A stretch of 64,000 nt of DNA, taken from NCBI GenBank assembly GCA_050174575.1, contig JBFXJT010000007.1:6648-70647 (forward strand), written 5' to 3'. How positions within the stretch are numbered: position 1 is the first letter of the stretch; every line of letters starts with the position of its first letter. A program made the position numbers and the translations under genes. The notes beneath the pieces are model-generated. The model searched no databases, was not told the DNA's origin, and worked only from the letters and a program-made list of their open reading frames with translations. The DNA is from Bacilli bacterium. GTDB lineage: Bacteria; Bacillota_I; Bacilli_A; ML615J-28; CAG-698. Shown here piece by piece: positions 38,556 through 47,284 of the stretch.

Positions 38556-40904
38556 CTAGATTGTTTTCATTTTAATTACTTGCAAAACATCAACCATAAT
38601 TTGACCATCAGCAAATAACGACATTTCCGATGCATTGTTATAAACCATCGCCGTCAATGTTTGATACCCATTGATGTATATTTCAATCATTGCTCCATCA
38701 ATAAATATTTCTAAATCTAATACTTCCCCAGGAAGAAGAGAAATTCCTCCCCCAAAGATTCCTTTCACAACACTATTTCCAGAATTAGTTGTATCAATTG
38801 AAATAAATTGATCGATTGCGTTATAATTTAGGACTGTCTTTCTCCCTAGTTGATCTTCTTTTAAAGTAAGTCCAAAATTTTGAGAATTTTCATTAGTTAA
38901 TTGAACATGCAAGTATAACTGATTGCCGACCACTGATGCTAAAGCTTGGTTTGCAAATTCAATATTAGTATCTTTTTTATCAACAATGACATCAGTTTTT
39001 AAATTATTTAATTCGTTTAAAGGGGTAATTTTTAAACTGCCGGCATCATCAAGTGACAATTGACGAGGAATACCAGCAGTATGGGCCCATCCTGCATCAT
39101 AATCTTGATGACCATTTCGTTGGCCTTGAATAATGCTACAAATTAAAACACGTCCTGTTAGGGGATCCGTCGAAACCGTTGGCCCCGTAAACACATTGTT
39201 CCCAAAATCCATTAATTTTGGATCTTCATGTTCAGGAATAAAAGTCATCGTTGTTTTATCGAAGTCCCCCAAATAATAGTAAATATCATTATCCGCACCA
39301 GAACCCGCGGGAGAAAACGCAAATATATACTTAGAAACTGTTTTATTAGCGTTCGTTATTTTCGCAAGATTTACTAATTCCCATGTCGTACCCATATAAT
39401 TATGATAAACAGAAGGCATGAACAGTTCGCCTTGATAATCCCAATTCAAAAAAGAATCGTCTTGAGTTGTAAATACTTGGGCAGTTCCTTTATTATCATA
39501 ACGAGCAGATCCGACAAACATGTAGTAAGTTCCATCTTCAAAATAAATATTTGGATCACGAAATTCGTTTGTTTTGGCCATTGATGGTGTTGAGACGGCT
39601 ACTAATTGATCGCTTACATCCCACTCCGTTAAATCAGGATCGCTTAAATCTTTCGGTATTGCAATGGCGATATTTTGATTGCTCCATTGCCCAAAGCTTT
39701 TGGCATCATCACCGGCTGTAAAAAATAATACGGGTGTTCCATCAGCTTTGTATGACGCTCCTCCCGACCAAATACCATCAGGACAAACAGAATTTTTCAT
39801 AAGAATAATGGCTTCTTTCACATTGCGCCAATTGACCATATCAGGACTTACCCAATGACCCCATGCAATTTGCCGCCAGTATGGCCCAGTAAGATTAAAT
39901 TGATAAAACAAATGGTAATTTCCATTGAAATAAAACAAAGCATGTGGTTCATTCATCCAATGTTGAGGTGGTGAAGCATGATATTGAGGTTTGTATATAT
40001 CATCATCTAGCAATTCGTCATTAAGCCAAGCATCTTTAAAATCAATGGCTTTCATGCGGTTTTTTTGTACAAAACTGTTGTGATAGGCTATTATATCCTC
40101 TTCTTTAATTGATGCTTGGTAAATTTTAAGTTCGTCCATTAAACCATTGAACATATTAATTTCATAAAGGCCTGTTTTTTGGGGAACCTGGCTTTTTCCG
40201 ATATACAAAGATGTATTCGCAGCAATAATCTCGCCAAATACATCATTGTGAAAATTAATTATTTCCCCGTTTTTGTATATCCCCATAAATCCGTTTGTTC
40301 CATCAAAAACAAAGGTAAGATGATTCCAAGTATAACGGTCAAGATCATTCCACTCATTCCAAAGTTTAACCCAGCGATCGCCAAGTCCTATTTGAAAGGA
40401 ATATTCACCATATTTATGCATGCCGATAACAAAACCTTGATTTTCTGACATGATGTATTGCCCTAAAACAACTTGCAAATGCTCCGTTCCGTTAACAACT
40501 GCTCCTGGAACATCCCATTCAAACATCCTTGGGCTAATGAATAAATCAATAGTTAAGTTAGGACCGCTAATTTGAATATCCTGATAATCATATTTTATAT
40601 AATTCGAATAACCATCAAAGGCTAAACATGCACCACTAATTGCTGAATTTGTAATCCAAGTTGGATCAATCGATTGCTTGTATTCAGCATCCGTGAAGAC
40701 ATATTCAATCGTGGCTTTTGTCATTGTTGTTTGTTCAGTAAGTTCGTTACCTTCATTTTCATCAAAAGAAGTTGCAAATATTAATTTATCTTGATAAGGG
40801 TCATGATAATCGTGATAATAAATTGCATCCTCCTCTGTTTTTGCACAACCAATAAAGGCCATCATTAAACAAAAAACTGTGATAATTAATAAACCTTTTT
40901 TCAA
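38556..40904 (-). CDS. Paralogous LamG plus divergent GH32-like lipoprotein.
   Basis: Lipobox FIGC-A. Motifs HWMNEPHA, FRDPNIYF, TWELV. The paralogy is shown by matching blocks in both N-terminal LamG regions (e.g. LAFDGYSNYIKYDYQ / LLFDGYSNFIRYQEE, NGTEHLQ / NGTDKLT) and both GH32-like cores (e.g. YHLFYQFN / YHLFFQFN, DMVNWR in both). Confidence 0.7.
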   Translation of the reverse strand: MKKGLLIITVFCLMMAFIGCAKTEEDAIYYHDYHDPYQDKLIFATSFDENEGNELTEQTTMTKATIEYVFTDAEYKQSIDPTWITNSAISGACLAFDGYSNYIKYDYQDIQISGPNLTIDLFISPRMFEWDVPGAVVNGTEHLQVVLGQYIMSENQGFVIGMHKYGEYSFQIGLGDRWVKLWNEWNDLDRYTWNHLTFVFDGTNGFMGIYKNGEIINFHNDVFGEIIAANTSLYIGKSQVPQKTGLYEINMFNGLMDELKIYQASIKEEDIIAYHNSFVQKNRMKAIDFKDAWLNDELLDDDIYKPQYHASPPQHWMNEPHALFYFNGNYHLFYQFNLTGPYWRQIAWGHWVSPDMVNWRNVKEAIILMKNSVCPDGIWSGGASYKADGTPVLFFTAGDDAKSFGQWSNQNIAIAIPKDLSDPDLTEWDVSDQLVAVSTPSMAKTNEFRDPNIYFEDGTYYMFVGSARYDNKGTAQVFTTQDDSFLNWDYQGELFMPSVYHNYMGTTWELVNLAKITNANKTVSKYIFAFSPAGSGADNDIYYYLGDFDKTTMTFIPEHEDPKLMDFGNNVFTGPTVSTDPLTGRVLICSIIQGQRNGHQDYDAGWAHTAGIPRQLSLDDAGSLKITPLNELNNLKTDVIVDKKDTNIEFANQALASVVGNQLYLHVQLTNENSQNFGLTLKEDQLGRKTVLNYNAIDQFISIDTTNSGNSVVKGIFGGGISLLPGEVLDLEIFIDGAMIEIYINGYQTLTAMVYNNASEMSLFADGQIMVDVLQVIKMKTI

Positions 40905-40916
40905 ATTACCACTTCC

Positions 40917-41843
40917 TTACTTCAATCCAGTAAAAGCGACACCTTCAATAATATATCTTTGAGCAAAAATATAAACTAAGGCGATCGGAATCGTACTAAA
41001 TGTTAAGGATGCCATAACTAAAGAAATATCTTTCGGATTAAAATTATTAATCAACTGTAAAAATACTTGCAAAGGTTGTTGCACTGGATTAGAGAACATT
41101 AATTGTGCAAACACATATTCGTTCCAACTTCCCATAAATGTAAAAATAGCGACTGTTGCAAATACTGGCAATGATAGAGGAACAATAACCTTAAAGAAGG
41201 TTGTTAATTTACTAGCACCATCAACATAAGCTGCTTCTTCTAATTCTTTAGGAATTCCCAAGAAAAAAGCCCGAAACATGAAGATATAAAAGGGACTAAC
41301 AATACCTGGTAATAAATAACCAATGACTCTCAATTCTGCTGTCAATAATCCCAAATTTTTTAAAATAACATACAAAGGAACAATAGAAGTCTCAACAGGA
41401 ACAATTAATATTAAAATAATGATACTAACGATGGTTTTATGACCAGGAAAAACAAAACGAGACAACGCATAACCGGCAAGTGAGTTAACTAATAAAACAC
41501 CTGTAATCGAAATTGTTGCATAAATGACACTGTTAAGAATGGATCTTCCAAAATTATCAAAAGTTGCAAATAAATTTTGATAAGATAAAAACCATTTGCT
41601 GATATTCCAAGTAGCTGGTAAAAAGGTTTTTATGGAATTGATGGAGGCATACACTTCTGCTTGAGTTTTAAAACTATTCGAAAGCATCCATACTACAGGA
41701 AATAAAAAGATAATGCATAGCACGATTAAAAAAATTCTAAATAATGTTTTCGCAATTATTTCACGAACTGAGTAATGTCTTTTTTGTTTTTTAGGCAATT
41801 GTAGTATTGATAATGGAATGTTTTTTCGCTTCTTTTTCATCAT
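40917..41843 (-). CDS. Carbohydrate ABC transporter permease (MalG-like).
   Basis: Six TM helices. EAA loop EEAAYVDGASKLTTFFKVIVP. Start taken at the internal MMKKKRKN to avoid a long overlap. Confidence 0.8.
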   Translation of the reverse strand: MMKKKRKNIPLSILQLPKKQKRHYSVREIIAKTLFRIFLIVLCIIFLFPVVWMLSNSFKTQAEVYASINSIKTFLPATWNISKWFLSYQNLFATFDNFGRSILNSVIYATISITGVLLVNSLAGYALSRFVFPGHKTIVSIIILILIVPVETSIVPLYVILKNLGLLTAELRVIGYLLPGIVSPFYIFMFRAFFLGIPKELEEAAYVDGASKLTTFFKVIVPLSLPVFATVAIFTFMGSWNEYVFAQLMFSNPVQQPLQVFLQLINNFNPKDISLVMASLTFSTIPIALVYIFAQRYIIEGVAFTGLK

Positions 41844-41850
41844 TATCACC

Positions 41851-42783
41851 TCAAATTGTGTTATCTTTCTCAAAGACTTTTCTTAAGGTTAAAGCAATCG
41901 TAGCCATAAAGATGGTATAAATTAAAGCGATGGCACTTGAATAACCAACATCCCGGAAATTAATACCTTGCAAATAAATATAATAAGACATCGTTAAGGT
42001 CCGGTCAATCGGACCTCCTCTTGTCATAATCATTGGTTGGGTAATCAACCTAAATGCCCCAATCATCATTGTAATCAGCACAAATGAGAATGTAGGCTTG
42101 ATGCTAGGAAGGGTAATCCGCCAGAATTGTTGGAATTTATTCGCTCCATCGATGCTTGATGCTTCATACAGCTCTTTTGGAATATTTTTTAGTGCTGACA
42201 AGAAAATTAACATTTGGTAACCTGCTCCCTGCCAAGCAGAAATCATGACAATTAAATCCATGGCTTGTTCGGGATCGCTTAAGAAAAGTTGTCTCGATAA
42301 ACCAATAGTTTCAAGGAGGGCATTTATCAATCCATCTTGCTCATTCAATAAGTTAATCCATAACATCGATGTGACCGCCAATGACAACATTGTTGGCACA
42401 AAGAATGCCCATCTAAAAAAGGTATTTCCCTTCATTGGCTTATTTAAAATCAAGGCTAACAAAAGAGCTGCACCAAGTTGTAACGGAATAACTTTTAAAA
42501 CAAATTCCATTGTGTTTTTAAATGCTTGAAGAAGAATTTTATCTTGAAAGGCATTTTTAAAGTTTGCAAAACCAATAAAAGTTGTATTATTTAACTCTAA
42601 TAAATTGGCATCTGTAAACGAATAGGCTAGAGAAATAACAATGGGCATAATGACAAATATAATTCCTAAAATAACAGCAGGAAGCAAAAAACTCCAACCT
42701 ATAATCGTATCAGAAGTTCGGTATGTTTTCCCAAATAATTTAAAATACATTCGGGTATTTGGTTTTTTTACAGATCCTACCAT
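41851..42783 (-). CDS. Carbohydrate ABC transporter permease (MalF-like).
   Basis: EAA loop ELYEASSIDGANKFQQFWRITLP. Six TM helices. Confidence 0.85.
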   Translation of the reverse strand: MVGSVKKPNTRMYFKLFGKTYRTSDTIIGWSFLLPAVILGIIFVIMPIVISLAYSFTDANLLELNNTTFIGFANFKNAFQDKILLQAFKNTMEFVLKVIPLQLGAALLLALILNKPMKGNTFFRWAFFVPTMLSLAVTSMLWINLLNEQDGLINALLETIGLSRQLFLSDPEQAMDLIVMISAWQGAGYQMLIFLSALKNIPKELYEASSIDGANKFQQFWRITLPSIKPTFSFVLITMMIGAFRLITQPMIMTRGGPIDRTLTMSYYIYLQGINFRDVGYSSAIALIYTIFMATIALTLRKVFEKDNTI

Positions 42784-42793
42784 TTTTCACCTC

Positions 42794-44134
42794 TTAATTG
42801 TCAATTTGAACGACTTGAGTGTCAATGTAATCTTCTAAATTGTATTCTGTTGTTCCATTCATTGTTTCGATGTATTCAATAATTTTACTGTAGCTACTAC
42901 TTACTTTAGGATAGTTGATCATTTTTGGTCGGGGAGTAGCAATTTCTTGTAAAATAGTTGCTAATGAACCTAAAGCTCCCGTTTGGAATCCTGTTAAATC
43001 ATTCAAAAGTGATTTATGGGTTGGAAATGTTCCAATTGATTCATACATTAATTGGCTTCCAGTAACTCCTGTTATATAAGCAACAGCAATCGCTGCTGAA
43101 GCAGGATCGGATGAATTAACCGTTACTCCAAATCCCCATGAACCACAACCAGCAACCGGCGTTCCTTTTGTAGTTTCGTCTTCATAAACAGGCATCGGCA
43201 TAATTCCATAACTTGGAATAAAAGTATTATAATTTTTCTTAATCGTCGAAATATTCCATGGTCCGTGAATTTCAAAAGCGCATTCTCCACCTGCTAAAGC
43301 ATCTGTATTGCTGCCATTGTAAACCCAAGGTTCGCCATCATCATCGGGGTTGAAGAACATTTCTAACATTTTAATTCCTTTAATAGAATTAGAAGAGTTA
43401 AGGGCACCATCAACGACTTCATTGGCGCCAAAGAAACTCCCACCTGAAGAATATATTAATGATGAATATAAATACATGACACCTTCATCGCCACCAAATC
43501 CTAAGTTCAATTTAATTCGATATTCAAGGTTGGCAGCTTTTAGGGCAACCATTGCTTCCATAACATCAAGCCAAGACCAAGGATTAGTAACTGTCCCAAA
43601 ATCTTCTTCATCATAACCAACTTGCTTTAATAAATCCTTATTAAAATACATTCCAGTTGGCGCATCCATACCGGATAAAGCATATAATTTTCCATCAATC
43701 GTACTTTGTTCGATGACGCTGTCAACATAACTCGAAGTAATATCAGTTGTTAAATATTGATCAATCGGTGCTAAAATGCCCGCATCAGCATAAGCAGCTA
43801 TATTAGGGGCATCAACAGCAACAATGTCAGGAAGTCCTCCTGATAGAATTTCCGCGTTGATTGCTGTTTGTAAAGTATCAGAACTGTTTTTAAATTCTAA
43901 TTTCATTTTTAAAATTCTTGTTCCATCAGCAGTTTTTAATTGTTGTTCATTAAACAATTCAGCAATTGTGGAATAAACAATCCCTTCATCTTCTGCTTCG
44001 GATTTATGAACCCAAACCTTAATTACTTTTACCTCGTCCGTATCTTCATCTTCTGCTGGACCACAACCAACAAACACCAAGAAACTAAGCAAAAGTACCA
44101 TAACACTTAAAAAAAGTTTTCCAAAATTTTTCAT
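42794..44134 (-). CDS. Extracellular sugar-binding lipoprotein of the ABC transporter (family 1 SBP).
   Basis: Lipobox FLVFVGC-G followed by an acidic linker. 446 aa, typical of oligosaccharide SBPs. No ATPase gene in the locus. Confidence 0.85.
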   Translation of the reverse strand: MKNFGKLFLSVMVLLLSFLVFVGCGPAEDEDTDEVKVIKVWVHKSEAEDEGIVYSTIAELFNEQQLKTADGTRILKMKLEFKNSSDTLQTAINAEILSGGLPDIVAVDAPNIAAYADAGILAPIDQYLTTDITSSYVDSVIEQSTIDGKLYALSGMDAPTGMYFNKDLLKQVGYDEEDFGTVTNPWSWLDVMEAMVALKAANLEYRIKLNLGFGGDEGVMYLYSSLIYSSGGSFFGANEVVDGALNSSNSIKGIKMLEMFFNPDDDGEPWVYNGSNTDALAGGECAFEIHGPWNISTIKKNYNTFIPSYGIMPMPVYEDETTKGTPVAGCGSWGFGVTVNSSDPASAAIAVAYITGVTGSQLMYESIGTFPTHKSLLNDLTGFQTGALGSLATILQEIATPRPKMINYPKVSSSYSKIIEYIETMNGTTEYNLEDYIDTQVVQIDN

Positions 44135-44223
44135 TTTCGTTCATCCTTTCTTATTATTGTTGAAAATGTGAAAATAGTTTGTTTTATAAAGTGAAAAAGA
44201 GATCTAGAAAATACAAATTTAAG

Positions 44224-44237
44224 TGGAATCGTTTCCA
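44224..44237. promoter_or_regulatory. cre / LacI-family operator-like palindrome (proximal).
   Basis: TGGAATCGTTTCCA fits TGNAANCGNNNNCA. It overlaps the probable -35 region of the locus promoter, approx 90-100 nt upstream of the SBP start. Confidence 0.5.
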
Positions 44238-44279
44238 TGTTTTGCTAAAAAAAAGAAAAAATCTTATTTTTTTAAAATG

Positions 44280-44293
44280 TGGAAACGATTCCT
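44280..44293. promoter_or_regulatory. cre / LacI-family operator-like palindrome (distal).
   Basis: TGGAAACGATTCCT, the reverse complement of the proximal site core, centred approx 56 bp further upstream. Confidence 0.5.
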
Positions 44294-44436
44294 CTAGTTG
44301 CTTTTATTTTAAACCACCCCGTTTTTTTTGTCAAGCGTTTTCTTTTATTATTTTTTAAAAATAAAAAATACTATGGCGTTTCCCATAGTATCTAAAAACT
44401 GATTGTTATTCTCTTCTTATTTTCTTAATAATTTAA

Positions 44437-44527
44437 TGGCGGAGGAGAAGGGATTTGAACCCTTGCACCGTTTTACCGATCTGCTCGCTTTCGAGACGAG
44501 TCCCTTCAGCCGCTTGGGTACTCCTCC
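44437..44527 (-). tRNA. tRNA-Ser (anticodon CGA), long variable arm, encoded CCA.
   Basis: Manual fold: acceptor GGAGGAG/CTCCTCC, anticodon stem CTCGT/GCGAG with loop CTCGAAA, extended variable arm, T-arm AAGGG-TTCAAAT-CCCTT. Confidence 0.85.
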
Positions 44528-44533
44528 AAATTT

Positions 44534-45331
44534 CTAGTCATTTTTTGTTTTTAAAAATTCATAAAAGTCGTTAACAACCTGTACTAATTCCCAATCTAAA
44601 TACTCTAAAGCCTGAATTTTTAAATCGTCTGGAATACCATAGTATGCTTCCGCAAGATTACCTGTAATTGCTCCTAGTGTATCACTATCACCACCAATGG
44701 AAATGGCATTTCGAATGGCATCTTCAAAAGAATATGATTCAAAAAAAGCAACAATTGCTTGAGGAACAGTTCCTTGGCAAGTCTCATCAAAAGTGTAATT
44801 GTCCCTTATTTGATCCAAAGTAAAATTAAGAGCATAATAATGAGCTTTAATGAATGCTCGCATTACTTCAATGGATGTTTTCTTTTTCGCAAGCACCATC
44901 AACCTTGCGATTGCTTCTGCACCCTTCATTCCTTCAGGATGGTTATGAGTGATAGCAGTTACTTTCTCGGATAAACTGATGGCCTCTTCTTCCGTTCTCG
45001 CAATCAATCCTACCGGACCAATGCGCATTGCTGCACCATTACCATAACTACCGTATGGTTCAGGTTTCGAAGTAAAAAGCCAACGAAAAAAATTACCCCC
45101 ATAACCCACATCAGGGTATAAGTTTCCAAAATAACGCATTTGTTCAATAGCCCTTGCTGATAATTTTTGATAATCACCTTGACAATCCATCAAGGCTTTT
45201 CCGATAGCTATTGACATTACTGAGTCATCAGTAAAAAAACAATTGGGTGTGAATAATGAAAATTCTTTACTTTTATTATTATCCCACTCAAATCTAGAAC
45301 CAACAATATCACCAATTATGGCTCCTAGCAT
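44534..45331 (-). CDS. ADP-ribosylglycohydrolase family protein.
   Basis: 265 aa. N-terminus MLGAIIGDIVGSRFEW and the internal TDDSVMSIA and GGDSDT motifs are typical of the ARH/DraG fold. Confidence 0.8.
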   Translation of the reverse strand: MLGAIIGDIVGSRFEWDNNKSKEFSLFTPNCFFTDDSVMSIAIGKALMDCQGDYQKLSARAIEQMRYFGNLYPDVGYGGNFFRWLFTSKPEPYGSYGNGAAMRIGPVGLIARTEEEAISLSEKVTAITHNHPEGMKGAEAIARLMVLAKKKTSIEVMRAFIKAHYYALNFTLDQIRDNYTFDETCQGTVPQAIVAFFESYSFEDAIRNAISIGGDSDTLGAITGNLAEAYYGIPDDLKIQALEYLDWELVQVVNDFYEFLKTKND

Positions 45332-45357
45332 GTTTTTTCTCCTTACTAATTATTTTA

Positions 45358-46074
45358 TCATATTTCCGAGCTTTTTTCAAGATTTTGTCCGTTTTTCCCT
45401 AGTTTTCCATCGGCCCAACTAAGGACCCAAACAATGCCCAAAAGAATAATTAAAAGTCCGATGGCATTGATAATTACCGAATTCCATCCCAATACATCAA
45501 CATCTAAGAATGGATAAGGATAATAAGTTGTCACTTCTTGGCCCATGTTTTGCAAAGGTTCTCCGACCTTTGCCCGAATCATTATAAAGATAAAGTAGGC
45601 AAACGGATAAGAAAGCCACAAAATGGCTTTCTTAAAAGAAACCTTTCCTTTTGCACAAAACAACATATAATCAGCAACAGTCAGTAACGGAACGATATAA
45701 TGAAGTAAAATATTACCAAAAGCAAATTTAATTCCTTCCCATTCATACCCTTCGGAAAAAGTATAATCATTTAATAAAGTTGCATAAACTAAAAAAGTAA
45801 CTAAAATGATAAAAACATTTCCTAGTTGAATGATAGGGGAAATTGTCGCGGGTTTACCTTTTTCACCATGGAAAGTAAATAATCTTATGTCTTTCAAAAG
45901 TAAAACGAAACTAATTAAAATCGTAATAATATTACTTTGAATAGTATAAAAAACAAACATTTCCATCGGAAAAGAAACCTTTTCGCTCATAATAACTAAA
46001 TTGATACCTAACAATCCAAAAGCAATAATTGCTAAACGCATAAATAATGAATACATTCTGTTTTCGATAAGCAT
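45358..46074 (-). CDS. Polytopic membrane protein (Pr6Pr/FAR-17a-like), hypothetical.
   Basis: 238 aa with approx 6 TM helices and no soluble domain. Confidence 0.5.
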   Translation of the reverse strand: MLIENRMYSLFMRLAIIAFGLLGINLVIMSEKVSFPMEMFVFYTIQSNIITILISFVLLLKDIRLFTFHGEKGKPATISPIIQLGNVFIILVTFLVYATLLNDYTFSEGYEWEGIKFAFGNILLHYIVPLLTVADYMLFCAKGKVSFKKAILWLSYPFAYFIFIMIRAKVGEPLQNMGQEVTTYYPYPFLDVDVLGWNSVIINAIGLLIILLGIVWVLSWADGKLGKNGQNLEKSSEI

Positions 46075-46188
46075 ATAGGGTTCCTCTTAACCATTATTAT
46101 ATCAAAAGCCCCAACATAACTCAACAATGAAAAAAGCCCCCAAACGGGGGCAATATTAATTGTTATTTCCTTAATGACAAACCATTAA

Positions 46189-47268
46189 TTATAAATGTTT
46201 TTCTTTAGGGATAAAATTGCTTCGAATCTTACCAATCAAGGCGATTCTTTCTTCAGCAAATTTATTAGCAGCCAGTTGCGTATTAATCTTATGCTTCTTC
46301 GAATAATCAAAAATGATTAATAAGCGATCATATATTTGTTTAATTACTTTCAAAGTACGTTCACGATTATAAGGAGGTGTAAATTCTTGGTAAACATTGA
46401 CTACGCCACCAGCATTGATCACGTAATCAGGAGCATACAAAATACCTCGATCCATTAACATATCACCGTGTTTCTTTTCATCTAGTAAAACATTATTAGC
46501 AGCACCAGCAATTATTTCACAATTCAATGTTGGGATTGTATCATCATTTAAAATTGCTCCAACAGAATTTGGTGAGAAAATATCACATTTTACGGCATAA
46601 ATATCTTCACATTTTACAGCTGTAGCCCCAAAATCTTTAACTGCTCGTTCAACACGGTCTTTCTTGATATCGGTAACAATCAGTTTTGCACCTTCTTGGT
46701 ACAAGTATTCACAAAGAGTATAGCCAACGGCTCCTAATCCTTGGACTGCTACAACTTTTTCTAGTAAACTATCATTTCCCCATTTTTCTTTTGCACAAGC
46801 TTTAATTCCCCAATAAACTCCATAGGCTGTTACAGGTGATGGATTACCCGACATGTCAGCACGTCCGTTGACATAGTTTGTTTCCATCATTAGATAATCA
46901 ACATCATATTCGTTAATATTCATATCTTCGCCGGTGAAAAAGCGTCCGCCTAAAGATTGAACATAACGACCGTAAGCTCGCAAATAAGCCTCCGTCTTTA
47001 CTTTTTGTGGATCACCAATCAAGACTGTTTTTCCACCACCGCAATTTACACCGGATGCAGAGCACTTATAAGTCATTCCTCTTGAAAGACGAACAACATC
47101 AAATAATGCATCATCTTCGCTCTCGTATTTAAAAAGACGAGTTCCCCCAATGGCTGGGCCTAAAACGGTGTCGTGGATAGCAGTGATTCCTTTTAATCCT
47201 GTTGCTTTGTCATAAAAATAGATAATTTGTTCGTGTCCATACTTTTCCATGTAATCAAAAACTTTCAT
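46189..47268 (-). CDS. Leucine (branched-chain amino acid) dehydrogenase.
   Basis: 359 aa, colinear with B. subtilis Bcd: FDYMEKYGHEQII, LGPAIGGTRLF, GMTYKCSASGVNCGGGKTVLIGDP, and Rossmann GLGAVG. Confidence 0.85.
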   Translation of the reverse strand: MKVFDYMEKYGHEQIIYFYDKATGLKGITAIHDTVLGPAIGGTRLFKYESEDDALFDVVRLSRGMTYKCSASGVNCGGGKTVLIGDPQKVKTEAYLRAYGRYVQSLGGRFFTGEDMNINEYDVDYLMMETNYVNGRADMSGNPSPVTAYGVYWGIKACAKEKWGNDSLLEKVVAVQGLGAVGYTLCEYLYQEGAKLIVTDIKKDRVERAVKDFGATAVKCEDIYAVKCDIFSPNSVGAILNDDTIPTLNCEIIAGAANNVLLDEKKHGDMLMDRGILYAPDYVINAGGVVNVYQEFTPPYNRERTLKVIKQIYDRLLIIFDYSKKHKINTQLAANKFAEERIALIGKIRSNFIPKEKHL

Positions 47269-47284
47269 GCAAATCCTCCTTTTG

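Noticed and set aside
44437-44527. Fructan locus as an integrated genomic island at tRNA-Ser
   Set aside because: No integrase, transposase, phage genes or direct repeat of the tRNA 3' end is visible, and GC content matches the surroundings. The tRNA adjacency alone is not evidence of mobility.
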